From NCBI GenBank assembly GCA_951406725.2, contig OX597814.1:136524001-136588000 (forward strand): a stretch of 64,000 nucleotides of DNA, written 5' to 3'. The DNA comes from Octopus vulgaris (Eukaryota). The translations under genes were made by a program, and so were the position numbers. Under the pieces are notes generated by a model. The model saw nothing but the letters and a program-made list of their open reading frames with translations, had not been told where the DNA came from and searched no databases. This document shows positions 38,891-53,180 of the stretch, piece after piece (the stretch's first letter is position 1; each line of letters opens with the position of its first letter).

Positions 38891-39431
38891 AACATTCGCA
38901 CATTCGCACGCACACACAGTCGCACTCACATACACGTCCACATATATATACGACTATATGTTTATATGTTTTACAAATTTATATGTTGGTGTGCTTGTAG
39001 TTGTATAAACAACAGTTATTGTCCTTTGTGCTTGCGTGTGTATTTGTGTGAGTGTGTGTGCATTTCAGTGTGTGCGCGTGCGTCTGTGCGTATTATGTGA
39101 TCTATCATGAATGCATACGTAGCAAATGGGACGAGTTAGTATAACCGTATAATAAAAGCGCATGCATAAAAAATATATATACATACACATATACGAACAC
39201 ATGTATATACATACATGCATACATATATATATATATATATATTTATATCTATATTTATATATACAAATATATATGTGTGTGTATATATATATAATATAAT
39301 ATATATACATACATATATGTATACATGTATATATATATGTATATATGTGTGTATATATATATGTGTGTGTGTGTATGTATGTATGTATATATATATACAT
39401 ATATGTATGAGAATGTATATATGTATATATA

Positions 39432-40320
39432 TAGGGTGCGATGGATAAATTGTCACCATTTTATATTTTTTAAATTTCGCGCATGTGCATTGTTTTTCTA
39501 GATGTTCTCGACTACACAATATAGTAGGATCTGTTGGGCACCGTCTGTGAAAAAAACAGTACCATGATGCAATTCAATCTGCCATGAACTTGGAGATGAC
39601 ATGCTGTACTCCTTGGCATTTATGCTGGAAGCTCCAACACGAACATTTCAGAGTGTTTGGGTGTCAATCTGAGGACAGTGCAATCTGAAGACATGTACCG
39701 AACATGTTAAAAATCAAACATCCGGTCAACATCATGGTGTTTGGAGTGATCACTAGTGATGGCGACGTTATGCCTCGTTTCAACTTCCCACACGGCCTCA
39801 CACTCAACACGGAGGCGTACATCAAGTGCCTGGAAGAGGTAGTGTTGCCCTATGTTAAGAGGGTGGCTGCTGGAAGACCCTATGTCTGGCAACAGGACTC
39901 TGCATCATGCCAAACGAGCATGAGAACCCAGTTACGACTGTCAGACAATTTCTGCGATTACATCACCCCAAACATCAGGCCATTTAACTTCCCAGACTGC
40001 TACTCCTTGATTATTATTTGTGGAACGCAGTTGAGCGAGAGACCAACAAAGCTCCTTCTAACACCAAAGATGAACTGAAGGCAAGGGTTATGGCAGCATT
40101 CGTCAGCTTAATCAAAGAGAACGTCCAGAAGAGTTGCAGAAAATTCCGAGGTCGTCTGTAGGCCATGATTGAAGCTAATGGCTATTTTATTGAATAAATT
40201 TACTCTTTAGTATTTCAAGATATTTTTGTGTAATTTTGGTAAATATATCTGTTAAAATGAGATGTCGTTGTTATTTTTATTGTTGCGTAATTTAGACGAC
40301 AGTTCATTCATCGCACCCAG
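39432..40320 (+). mobile_element. Internally deleted DD37D/maT-like transposon
   Basis: TIRs agggtgcgatggataaattgtc and gacagttcattcatcgcacccag|TA. ORF 39704-40078 reads MVFGVITSDGDVMP...YVWQQDSA. Confidence 0.88.
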
Positions 40321-40369
40321 TATATGTATTATATATATATGAACATAAAATATATATGGGGGGTATTTA

Positions 40370-40552
40370 TGTGCGCGTGTCTTTGTGTCTTTGTCCGTCC
40401 ACCAATGCATGACAACAGATGTTGGTGTGTTTACGTCCCTCGTAACCTAGCGGTTCGGCAAAAGAGAACGATAGAATGATTACTAGGCCTACAAGGGATA
40501 TGTTCTGGGATCTATATCTTCAACTAAAACCCTTTCAGGCGTTGCTCCAGCA
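40370..40552 (+). mobile_element. SINE family A 3' fragment abutting the RTE 3' end
   Basis: gtgtttacgtccc...gcggttcggcaaaagag...gctccagcat. Confidence 0.75.
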
Positions 40553-43500
40553 TTCCTTATTGATACCATGTGATGCCCTTATATGACTTTCAAGCCCAGC
40601 CAAACTTTTACACATTTTATTACATACTGCATAACTTTGCTGGTTGGCAGGAGAAACAGGTGTCACTATATGCACTCTCTTAACGTGTCTTTTCAGACTT
40701 TCAGCTGAGGGGCACACCCTTCTACATTTTACACATGCTCTTTTGTGAATTTTAATAGCCACATCACTGTTTATCATGGGTCGAGTCCTGTGAGATTTTT
40801 GATGGCTCACCAGTCCTGCACGACTCATATACCTCCTCCCACAAACCACAAACACAAAAAGCAACACTCTCTCACTTTCCACAGGTTCCCTCCTTCTAAG
40901 ACCACTCTTAATTCTCTCATACTTCACGTTCTCCCTCTCAAACTTTGAACAACCATTATGCACTATCTTCCTCCATCCATTGTGTCTTGTGCCTCCCTAT
41001 CCCAATCACCTTCTGCAATTCCTTACATGCCTACCGTAAACAACTCATGCCTCACTCCCATATAGTAAAGATGGGAGGACGCACGTGTTATATACCTTAA
41101 CTTTAATTTGTGAAGATATATGATGTTGTTTCCACAGACGCCTATCAAGCCAACCAAAAGTACTACTAGCCCTGCTGATTCTGTATGAAATGTCATCATC
41201 AAGACTAGCAGAGCTCAAGGTACTTCCTAAATAAATAAATCTAGGTACAGTCGCCAACCTTTGACCATTCGTAGTTATAAAAGGTTCCACATACATCTTG
41301 GAGGGAGCGGGCTGGTACATTATAGCAGTTTTTTTTAAAATTGATCGCTAGACCCAATGCTGCACATGCAGAAATCGTATTCAGCATGTGCTGCATATCT
41401 TTCTGAGAATGTGCCAACAGGTCACAATCATCTGCATACAGGAACTCAACGAGGTGAGAATGAGAACTTTCGTTTTGACACAGAGTCTTTTGAGATTGAA
41501 CAGTTTTCCTGTTGTCCTATATGTTCAGTGCAATCTTCAAAAGCTATTTGAAAGACTATTGCAAAATACATAGCAAACAATGTAGGAGCAGTAATATCAC
41601 GATGTTTTATACCATATTCTCCAGAAATTGGATCTGATTAGGTACCTCCAACATTAACTCTCACTTCCATCTTGTCATGGAATGGTCTAAGCATTCTCAC
41701 AACTTTTTCAGGATCGCCCAAAGTACAATTCTATTGATAGAATCAAACACTTTTGTTAGATCAATGAAAACCTGGTATAAGTCCATATCCTGTTCGATGC
41801 ACTTCTCTTGCAACTGTCTAGCTGAAAATATCATATCCATAGTACTCCTATCCCTAAACCCATATTTCGATTCTGGTAGAACCTCATCAGCAACGTGCAG
41901 AAGCAATCTGTCCAACATTACCCTACAGAGGACCTTTCCAGCAACAGCTAACACAGATACCGCGATAATTATCACAGCCATCCTTTCCACCTTTAGATTT
42001 ATGTAGAATCTCCATAGTTGCATCACGCCAATCCGGAGGAACCTCTTCACTATGCCAAAGCCTCTGAATCACATCAGTCAACATTGTACAGAGATGATCA
42101 CCACCATATTTATATATCTCTGCAACTAGTCCATCCATACCAGGGGCCTTTCCATTGTTCAATTTCCTGATTGCTGCTTTTATTTCAGCCAGGTTTGGAA
42201 CTTCTAATATAAGATGTTTTATTGGATTCTCACGTTATATTATCAAGAAAAGAGAGGTTAACTTCAGTGGGTCTATTGGGCAACTCATCAAAATATTCTT
42301 TCCATCTCCCAACAATATCTTTAGGATTTGTTACTAACTGTGGACCATCCTTGCCATCCGAAGCAGTGCAACCTTTGAAGAAACTAGTTCATAAACTTTT
42401 TCAAGAGAGTAAAAATGCTTGGAATTGTTAGCATTTGAAGCTTCTTGGATTTCATCGCATGTATCACTCTACCAATTTTCTTGCATCATCCATAGCTTCC
42501 TCTGCACTGTTGCTTTTACTGCCTTGAAATATGTAGCCACTGTCCCGTTCGCTGACATGTCAACATTTTGCAACATGTTAAATGCCTTTCGCTTCTCTTC
42601 TAAGATAATAACTTATCATTATCGTCAAACCAATCTCGGTGTTTTCTTTTTACAACAAAGCCAAGAATGTTACTACAAATCTTGTAAGCTTTTTCTTTGA
42701 ATGACTTCCAGCTTCCATCACAAGACAAATTATTTATCTCACTAACAAACTCATTGCGTGCTGCTGGAATCTTAAGTTTATTGACATCAATCCGTTTAGG
42801 TAACTTGTCATTATTTGCTCTAACCTTAGGCTTGAGAACAAAATTCAGCTTGGCACGCAAAAGCCTATGATCAGTCCAGCACTCTGCACCACGCATCACT
42901 CGTACAATAGCAAAGTTCCTAGTATCTCGTTTCCTGGTGAGAATGCAATCTATAAGATGCTATTTCTTAAAACCAGGGTGCTGCCATGTAGTTTTATACT
43001 TATTCTTTAGTTAAAACATTTACTCATGACACACATCCATCTCTACGCACATTTGTAACAGTAGTAAACCATTACTGTTGGAATTTCCAGCCCCTTGCCC
43101 TCCTAAGATACCCTAGGTCTCCAAATTTGCACCAACGCGAGCATTAAAATGACCTAAAATGACAACTTTGTCATCATGGGGAATACTGCATATAATCTCT
43201 GTAAGTGATAGATAGAAGGCAAGTTTATTATCCTCTGATGAATTGATAGTTAGAGCATGAGTGTTGCATAGCGACCTATTCTTAACGGAAGTCTTAAAGA
43301 CATCAAACTATCATAATGACCACATGGCAGTTCCTCAAGTTTTGAAACCAGTGTGGTTTTGATTGCAAATCCCTCTCCTGATTCTCTCTTATAGGTCTCC
43401 TCTCTACCGCTCCAAAATAAATTATGCCCAGCAGATTTCTCTACGAAATTCCCTTTTCTATGAATTCTTGTTTCGTCTAATGCTACATCATCCGAATCAT

Positions 43501-44100
43501 ATCGCTGTAACTCTTTTGCAACAAGCATGAATCTTCTCTCCGTACCAGATTTAAGACAACCATTGTCTAATAACGTTCGAACATTCTAACATCCTATGTT
43601 CAAAGGCTTGCATCTTAACCTGAATTTACTCACAGTTGCAGTATGACGACCGGATCCAGGCTGTGGTGCCCTGGGACACCTGCTAGGGCAGACCACAGTA
43701 CAAAATGTTCCTGAGCGCTGTTTTGCCATTTGCTTCAGTATTTATATCAACTTCCATTGTTAAGTTGAGCCTCTAAGCTCCGGCCAGCCATGTACATACA
43801 AGATGTTCATTTCTTTTCCCTCTCCAGCAATACCTGTGCTTGACACTTTTTAAAGTGAGGAAAAGTTTTGCACAGAAGCTATTCCCACTCTCTAAACTAC
43901 AAAGCATGATTCAAAAGGAAGAGCTATTCGCCAACAATGGGTGCATTTGCAGTCGAAGGTTTTATATCAGAGTGTCCTTCTCCCAGTCTTTGCCCAACCA
44001 AAGGCTAACTACAAGACAGCAGTGAAGTATTTAAATTTAGAGTTATTTTCTCCTAGATAGACTGCCTTAGCCATGGCTTAGGGAAACAGAGGAGTTCTAT
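40553..44100 (-). mobile_element. Near full-length decayed RTE-clade LINE with three C-terminal C2H2-like zinc fingers
   Basis: APE endonuclease (NVRTLLD, ALDETRI, CWTDHRLL) at 42850-43610. RT (KAPGMDGL, ESKYGFR, FIDLTKVFDS, FIYLGS) at 41045-42400. Zinc fingers at 40535-40963. Confidence 0.9.
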
Positions 44101-44479
44101 CTACCTCTTATCTATTTATTATTTTAAAAAAAACCGACTAAAATAAAAAAAAATTATATATTGCGATAAAATTGACAAAAACTAAGAATAAAATTGACAT
44201 ACAATATATACAATTTAAGACACAATATACAATGTGTACACACACAGGTTGAAATACAATATATACAATAGTTACACTCCCACACACAGTTTAAAATGCA
44301 ATATATACAATACATACACACACACAAACACTCCACACGCACGTCCACAAACACACGTTGTTGAATGGCCGTTGACTACACTGGCCGTTGACGGGTCTTA
44401 TTTTTTGTCCCGCAGTGTGTCCCAAAAGCCTGGTGGGGCTGAGAGTTTAGTCGCCGACGACCCGACTATGTAACATGGT

Positions 44480-44880
44480 ACTTTTCATCTCTCGCTTGTT
44501 TCAGTCTTTAGACTGCGGCCATGCTGGGGCAACACCTTGAACAATTTAGTCGAACAAATGGACACAGTTCGTATTTTTTTTTCAGCCTGGTAATAATGTT
44601 ATCGGTGTCCTTTTGATGAATTACTGATAAATTACGGGAAGTAAACAAACCTACATCGGTTGTCAACCCGTGGTATGAGACAAACCCCCAAAACAAGCGC
44701 GAGTGCGCACACACACACACACGCACCACCACACACATATATGACGGACTTCTTTCAGCATCAGTTTATCAAATCAATTGAGAATTCTTTGATCAGCCGT
44801 GGGCTAAGGTAAAATGCACTTGCCCAAAGTGCGAAGCAGTAAGGCTATACTCGATAACATGTGGTCGAAAAACATACTTC
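44480..44880 (-). mobile_element. Diverged SINE family A copy
   Basis: Homologous blocks to the other family A copies. Confidence 0.7.
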
Positions 44881-45094
44881 TTGTATATACAACAGAAAGA
44901 GGGTTAAAAAAATGGAGATAAAAGGTCTGTTTTCCCCCTCACTCCATCTCTTTTCTCCCCTCATTCCTTTCTGTACAAGAGCGTAAACTCGAAACGTTAA
45001 AAACGCCTCCATTTTACCCCAGCGTCAAACTAATACACTTTGTTGTCCACTCACCTGTCTCTGCCTTTTGTTTTTTGTACAATTTTGAACATGT

Positions 45095-45159
<65 letters not shown>

Positions 45160-45194
45160 CACACATGCACACACACACATATACTCTTGCTCTT

Positions 45195-45605
45195 TTACTC
45201 TCATTTACTTGTTTCAGTCATTTGACTGTGGCCATACTGGAGCACCGCCTTTAGTCGAGCAAATCGACCCCAGGACTTATTCTTTGTAAGCATAGTACTT
45301 ATTCTATCGGTCTCTTTTGCCGAACCGCTAAGTTACGGAGACGTAAACACACCACCATCGTTTGTCAAGCGATGTTGGGAGGACAAACACAGACACACAA
45401 ACATATACACACACATACATATATATATATACATATATACGACGGGCCTCTTTCAGTTTCCGTTTACCAAATCCACTCACAAGGCTTTGGTCGGCCCGAG
45501 GCTATAGTAGAAGACACTTGCCCAAGGTGCCACGCAGTGGGACTGAACCCGGAAGCATGTGGTTCGTAAGCAAGCTACTTACCACACAGCCACTTCTACG
45601 CCTCC
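45195..45605 (-). mobile_element. SINE family A, full length, young
   Basis: High similarity to 1342-1747. Confidence 0.9.
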
Positions 45606-45651
45606 TACGCCTATATATATACATATGCATGTATATATATATATGCATATA

Positions 45652-45750
<99 letters not shown>

Positions 45751-46156
45751 GTATAGACATACATATATACATACATACATACCTACATACATTACATACT
45801 GTGCATTACACGGAATGAAAGCCATGTGCCGCCACAAGGTGGAAATTTGCTTGCGTGGTACTTATCCAACTTTGATAAGTGCCTCGCTCAAAACTATCGG
45901 CCGTTGAGTCACTTCCGTAGCTTTGAATATCAGACATGGTATCATTTACAGCATTGCATAATTCTATTCTGTTTCACAGCCTGCATCTCTATACCTACAC
46001 CACGCATACACGCATACGTGTATGCGCTCGCGTGTGTGTGTGTGTGCGTCATACACATTTGCACCTGTGTATTTGGCACATACACATACACACATATAAA
46101 CAATCATGTGTACATACGTGCATACAGGTGAGCACATACGCACGTATATATATATA

Positions 46157-46223
<67 letters not shown>

Positions 46224-46390
46224 TGTATCCATACGTACACATATTGTTTTGAATGTGCGTGTGTGTACGTATCGATATATGTTACGTGTTAAGACGATGT
46301 TGCTCCGCTAAGATTTATATATACAGGCTGTCTGTATTGAGTATTGTTCTACACGAATATGTAATTTGAAACGTTACTACACGAAGATAT

Positions 46391-46421
<31 letters not shown>

Positions 46422-46879
46422 CAGCCGAAATTGCTAAGATGATCTGGTTCTTGACTGATGACTGAGGGCTTCGAATGTCCCGTCCTGTGGTTCTTGTGTC
46501 GTCTCTGTGGCGTTTCATGTTCTTGTCCATGTCTGTAATTATTTTTACTGTTTACCTATATATATATATATATATATATATTATGTCTGCTTGCTTGTGT
46601 GTGTGTGTCTGTCTGCCTGTATGTATGTATGTATGTATGTATGTATTATCCGTCCTGTGCTGCCGCTGCAAAATTATCCGTCCTTGGACGATTCACGTAG
46701 AATAAATTTTTGTTTTTTCCTTTCTTTTCTGTCTCTGAGAAGAGTTTACTTACTCGTTCGTTTAGCTCGTCGTCTCCATTTCGGGATGAAGGGCGTTTAG
46801 AATAGTTTCTCCATAATCCTTGCTACACAACTACATATCACATTCTGAGAAGGACTGGAGTTTGAGAAGATGAAGACAG

Positions 46880-46896
46880 AAAGGCAGAGATACGTA

Positions 46897-46943
<47 letters not shown>

Positions 46944-47075
46944 TCATACATACGTATATATATATACACACACATACATACATACATATATATAAATAGA
47001 GAAACAGACACACAGACATACAGACACACAGACATACAGACACACAGACAGACAGATAGATAGATAGATAGATAT

Positions 47076-47148
<73 letters not shown>

Positions 47149-47420
47149 CAGACTGTCAGACACAAAGACAGACAGTTGAATAGAGATACGTAGGCAAACA
47201 GAGATATATATGTATACAATAATTAGAATTCTTTATTCTAGTACTTTATTTATGGTCACCAGAAGTTTGAGGGGCAAAGCGAACATCAGCGTTATTCGAA
47301 CTCTGGGCGAAAAGAGAGCTGAAGATATATTGCGAAGCGTACCGCTCATACGACTCACACACACGCACACACACACACACAATCACACACACACGCACAC
47401 ACACACACACACACGAACAA

Positions 47421-47475
<55 letters not shown>

Positions 47476-47987
47476 TCCGAATGTCGTGCACATTGTATGT
47501 GGGTATGTGTACCATCGTGTATGTATATTATCTATGCAGACAACAGACACGCAAGTTTGTTTGTGTATTTGCTCATGCACACGTGTTTGTGTGTGTGTGT
47601 GTGTATATGTATGTATGTATGTGTGTATGTATGTATGTATGTATGTATGTATGTATGTATGTATGTATGTATGTATGTATGTATGTATGTATGTATGTAT
47701 GTGTGTGTGTATGTATGTATGTATGTATGTACGTATGTATGTATGTACGTATGTATGTATGTATGTACGTATGTATGTATGTGTGTGTGTATGTATATAT
47801 ATACTAAATAAGTGCGTGTACATGTGTGTGGTGTATATGTGTGTGGTTGCATGTGTATTCGTGTCTGTTCGTATGCATTCGTCTCTGTATACATGTGAGC
47901 GTGTGTGTGTGTGTGTGTGTGTGTGAATGTTTGCGAGTACACTCGCACCTAAGTGTGATTCCATGTGTTTATGAATATATATATATA

Positions 47988-48018
<31 letters not shown>

Positions 48019-48753
48019 ATGTATATATACATGGAATACATACTATATGTATGTATTTGTATATTGATGTGTCTATGTGCATATTTACGCAAGGCGTGCG
48101 CCTCTATTTATTGTCTGTCTATGTATGTACGTATGAATAATTTGTGCGTGCGTGAACATGTGTGAGAGAGTATGTGTGTTTAAATGTATTAAATGTGTGT
48201 GTGAGTGTGTGCACGAATACATACATACATACATACATACATACATACATACATACATACATACATACATACATACATACATGCTTACATATATATTTGC
48301 GTGTGTGCTACCAACACCATTATCAACCGACCGACCGACCCCAAATATACTTTTACTTTTAACAACTGCTGGTCACAGTGACCCCGCTGTTACTGCTGCT
48401 GCTGTTGAAAATTGCTGCTACTGCTGCTTCTGTTGTTGTTGTTGCTGTTGCTGCTACTGCTGCTGCTGTGCTTACATCAACAGTAACTCCTAACACTACG
48501 CCTCACCCCCCACCACCACATTACTCTCGCTGCTTACTTCTTCCAATCATTTTATTTGTTTCACTTTCTTTTTCTCTATTCGTTTCTCTCTCTGTCTTTC
48601 TCTTCCTTTCGATATGTGTGAGTATGTGTATGTATGTATGTGTACGTGTGTGTGTGTGAGTGCAAGCGTGTGTTTGTATATATATATACGTAATATGTTC
48701 ATATACATTAATGTGTGTATGTACGTGTGTTTGTGCGTGTATTTGTATATACG

Positions 48754-48788
<35 letters not shown>

Positions 48789-48932
48789 TGTGTGAGCGTG
48801 TGTGCTCTCAAATTTATGTTTATAAGTATGTGCGTTTATCTTCATAAGTGTGTGCGCATGTATATACATAAATTTGTGTGTGCGTGTGAGTGTGTGTGTG
48901 TGTGTGTGTGCACCACAGTACCTCATAGAACA

Positions 48933-48963
<31 letters not shown>

Positions 48964-49637
48964 CGTGTGCGCTCACACACAAACATAGACAGTCATACAT
49001 TTTACACAGACACACGCACACGCACACGCACACACGCACACACATACACACACACACACTCAAACAGGTCAAGTTAACCTACCTGCACTGTGATGTCTGT
49101 CTGCAGCATGTTGTTGTTGTTAGTGGTAGTAGTTGTTGTTGGACGGCGATGGCGAGAGCTATGGTGGGAGTGGTAGCGGTGGTGGTAGTAGTAGTAGTTG
49201 TAGTGTTAGAGACGGTGACGCTGTCTAATTTTTCTTGTTAGTGGTTGTGGTGGTGGTGTTTGCGCTGTCGGAATGGTGATGGTGTTGATGCCAGTGGTGG
49301 TGTCAGCAGTACTTTTGGTCGAGATTGCAATGTTGTAGTGATGTAATAGTGTTGTGTCAGAGGTGTTGTTGTTGTTGGTGGTGGTGGTGGTGGCTGCAGT
49401 GGTGGCGGTTGTTGTTGTAGTTGTGGTGGTGGTGGTTGCAGTCATAGGGGTTGCCCAACAGTGGTTGATAATGGGGTTGTTGTTAGCGACGATGGAGGCG
49501 GAAGTGGTAGCGGCGGAGGTGGTGGTGGTGGTGAAGACGGGGTTGGAAATGGTGGTGGAGGCGGAGGTGGTGGTGGTGGTGTGATGGTGGATTTTGGCTT
49601 TGATGATGGTGATGATGGTGGTAGTGATGAGACGATA

Positions 49638-49717
<80 letters not shown>

Positions 49718-49803
49718 AATGATAATGATGATGATTAGGATGAGGATGATGATGGTGGTGGTGGTGGTGTGTGATGGTGATCTTTGACTATGTTGATGAT
49801 GAA

Positions 49804-49836
<33 letters not shown>

Positions 49837-50350
49837 GGTGGTGGTGGTGGTGATGAAAATGATGGTGGTGGTGGTGGTGGTGGTGGTGGTGATGAAAATG
49901 ATGGTATTGGTGACGGTGGTGGTGGTGGTGGTGGGTGCTGGTGCTGCTGGTGCTGGTGCTGGTGTGGTGTGATGGTGGTTTTTCACAGTGACGATGATGA
50001 TGCTACTGACGAAGATGGTAGTAGTGGTGGTGGTGGTGGTGGTGTAATGGCCGTTTTTGACTGATGCTGATGCTGATGATGAAGATGGTGGTGGTGGTGG
50101 TGCTGGTGGTGCTGCTGCTGCTGTTGGTGCTGTTGGCGGTGGGATGGTGGGAGTGACGGGATGGAAGAGTGGAGGCGGGATGACGATGATTTCAGTTGTG
50201 ATCACGATGATGATAGTGGTTGTTGCGATTGTGTTGGTTATCGTGGTGGTGATGATGAGATGGTAATATGATGATGATTAGGAAGATGATAGTGATGTGG
50301 TAATTGTTGTTGTTGTTGGTGGTAGTGATGGTGGTTGTGATGGCCGAATG
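46880..50350. repeat. Compound microsatellite region (TAGA, CA, TATG, GGT, GAT)
   Basis: Visible directly in the sequence. Confidence 0.9.
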
Positions 50351-50419
50351 TTGTCTGAGGCGGATGTGTGTGTAGCTTGACGTTGTTGTTGCTGTTGCTG
50401 CTGCTCTTGATGTTGTTCC

Positions 50420-50655
50420 GTTTGTTGTTTAACCCTAGGTCAGCTCTAAGCGAGAAGATTCATGATAAAAAGCTCACCAACCGTGACCATCTCATTCTTC
50501 CCTCTGAACAAGATATCCGGGATCGTATTATTCAATGTGCACACACCGCACTCTATTTCCTACCCTTTTTGAAACGATAGAGTAAAGTTCGGAGAATTTG
50601 ACTGCTTTTTTCTAGCAAATCGAGCGACTACATAGAAGCTACTACATTAGCTCGA
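50420..50655 (-). repeat. Old dispersed repeat family (other copies ~4795-5000, 19405-19570, 29015-29075, 52255-52430)
   Basis: Shared blocks ggagcctctatg..ctcga..gctagaaatagcagc and aggtcag...agacct...attccag..gtgac. Orientation is inferred. Confidence 0.55.
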
Positions 50656-50663
50656 AATTTAAG

Positions 50664-50784
50664 ATGCTTTTGGCGCCTACTTTTCTCAAGAGGTCACCCA
50701 TTAAAATTGGTAACGAGGTTTGATGTTACTTGACTTCGGTAATCAGACAAGAAGCGATATTTTCAACGTGATATATCCGAAGTT
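50664..50784 (-). pseudogene. 5S rRNA pseudogene
   Basis: Minus strand cggatatatcacgttgaaaatatcgcttcttgtctgattaccgaagtcaagtaacatc...atgggtgacctcttgagaa aligns by eye with metazoan 5S rRNA, with many CpG-type transitions. Confidence 0.8.
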
Positions 50785-52128
50785 GAAAATGGTGACATTG
50801 ATTGGGACGATAACATTGCGCTATAGAGACAAAGGTGCTGGAGAAGAAAGCAACATAATGTAAAAGTGATGGGGAAGTAAGTCGAATAATGACGATAGAG
50901 CAGTGTTTCTGAGAATGCTGTCCACGTGAACTGGCTTTCAAAGCGATATCGAGAGCGTTATACTTGAATATGTGGTATGGTGCAGTCAGCCGTCACCCGC
51001 TGCAGTGATTGTCAACTTGAATCCATAAGACCCTTAGGGGCTCATATAAAATTTTGCTGTGAAATATCATGAACAATACATTGGGAAAACTGATTCGTTA
51101 ATTGTGAATTCTGTCGCAAAAACAACAAAAGCAAATAAATGAAAATTTGAAAGTAAAGGCTGCTTTATTCTGTCATAGTTCAACATTTCTCATGGCAGCA
51201 GCAGACAAAATGGAAAAGGCGTTGCGCCGGAGGATAATAAGAGAGATGCGCTCAGCTTCTACATTGCACAAAGTATTTTCATTTTTTATACAAGTCTTAA
51301 TAATTTTTAATTATAAAGGTATAATAGGACTATTTTTAACATGGGCGGGGGGTGGGGGGTTAGAGTAAAGTAGGAATCAAAGGGATCCGCAGGCACAAAA
51401 CAATTCAGAATTATTGCCCTAAAGCAATTATGGCTTGGTTGTATATACCAGCGGAAGTGGCTCGGGTGTTGGATTCATGATCGTAAGATTGTGGTTTCGA
51501 TTCCTGGACCGGGCGATGCCCCATGTTCTTGGACAAAGCACTTCGTTTCACGTTGCTCCAGCCCACTCACCTGTCAAAAAAAAAAGGAGTAATCCTGCGA
51601 TGGACCGGCGTTGCGTCCAGGTGGGAAAATATGCGCCATGGGAACCGGTTCGGTCACCCTATGAGTCTAAATGACCCAAGAAGGAACTTTGCTATGTACC
51701 ATGTTTTTAATGATTGTTTTAGGCGCCTGTGTAGTCACGAGCAGGCACACACTCTTCTTGACCTCATAACCTCACCTTTGACCCTGTGGAAGGAACATCT
51801 AATGATATAGCTGAGTAGACCGGAGTAACGTGAAATGAAGCTCTTTGCACAAGGACAAAACGCACTGCTCGGTCCAGAAACTGAACTCACGATTTTATGA
51901 ACATGAGTCGAGCACCCTAACAACTAGGCTACGCGCCTTCACGGAGCTTGACACAGGAGGGAGCATACTGCTGGGGTAGTTTATCCGATGGCCATAGAGG
52001 AGATGGTAGTTGTGACATACGAGGCTGGTTGGCAGCGGCGGCGACGGTGTTGGTGGTGACGATTGTGGTTGTGGTGTTGAAGCAGCAATAATGTAGTGAA
52101 GATAGCAACAGTCGAGTGTTGTTGCTGC

Positions 52129-52192
<64 letters not shown>

Positions 52193-52764
52193 GATGTTGG
52201 TGGTGGTGGTGGTGGTGGTGGTGGTCTTGTCATTAATAGGGTTACTCTTGTTGTTCAGTCTCAGGTCAGAGCCAATGCAGTAGACCTAGTGGTAAAATAC
52301 ATTCCAGACGTGACTTTCACATTTTTTCTTTACCACAATGCACCTACAATCAGATTAATGAATATCCTTTCTTGTCTAATGGAGATTTGGCAACTATCCA
52401 TTGCAGGTCTTGCTACCGCGTAGAGGCTTCTAGAAGTGTTGTCATTAATACTAGTTATACAGGGCAACCAACTGGCAGAATCGCTACAGCGTTGGACAAG
52501 GTGCTTAGCAGCATTTCGTCTTTACGTTCTGAGTTCTTTACGAACTGACAGAATCGTTACAGCGTCGGAGAAAACGTTTCGTGAAATTGCTTATGGCGCC
52601 TAACGTTCTGAGTCGGAGTCATGCCGTTCATTCTTCCAGGGTCAATAAAACAAGTACCAGTTTAGTCGATGTTGTCAACTTGCCCTTTCCTCACTAAAAA
52701 TTTGTTGACCTTGTGCCAAAATTTTAAACCAAAAGCGGTGAGTTGGCAGTATCGTAGCATGCCA

Positions 52765-53180
52765 AGGCGGCGAGCTGGCAAAAACGTTAGCACGCCGGGC
52801 AAAATGTTTAGCGGTATTTCGTCTGTCGTTACGTTCTGAGTTCAAATTCCGCCGAGGTCGACTTTGCTTTTCCTCCTTTCGGGGTCGATTAAATAAGTAC
52901 CAGGTATGCACTGGGGTCGATAAAATCGACTTAATCCGTTTGTCTGTCCTTGTTTGTCCTCTCTGTGTTTAGCCCCTTGTGGATAGTAAAGAAATAGGTA
53001 TTTCGTCTGTCGTTACGTTCTGAGTTCAAATTCCGCCGAGGTCGACTTTGCCTTTCCTCCTTTCGGGGTCGATAAATTATGTACCAGTTACGCACTGAGG
53101 TCGATGTAATTGACTTAATCCGTTTGTCTGTCTTTGTTTGTTCCCTGTATGTTTAGCCCCTTGTGTGCAATAAAGAAATA
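52765..53180 (+). mobile_element. SINE family B dimer (Tx1-type tail) nested in an older family B copy
   Basis: Junction aaagaaata|ggtatttcg at 52996/7 with a 184-bp second unit. TSD agcatgcca at 52756-52764 and 53181-53189. Host SINE spans ~52733-53385, and more degraded copies lie at 52460-52720 and 53390-53520. Confidence 0.85.

Noticed and set aside
45828-45845. CTCF-like motif ccgccacaaggtggaaa
   Set aside because: A single short match, expected by chance in 64 kb.
46450-46480. CTGATGA followed by ttcgaatgtc as a hammerhead candidate
   Set aside because: No GAAA and no consistent stems I or II.
45362-49241. Many YI/CV/HT/MYVC-repeat ORFs
   Set aside because: They are artefacts of (TA)n, (CA)n and (TATG)n repeats.
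51003-51420. Possible hAT-type MITE starting cagtgattgtcaac
   Set aside because: The right TIR and TSD are too degenerate to support the call.
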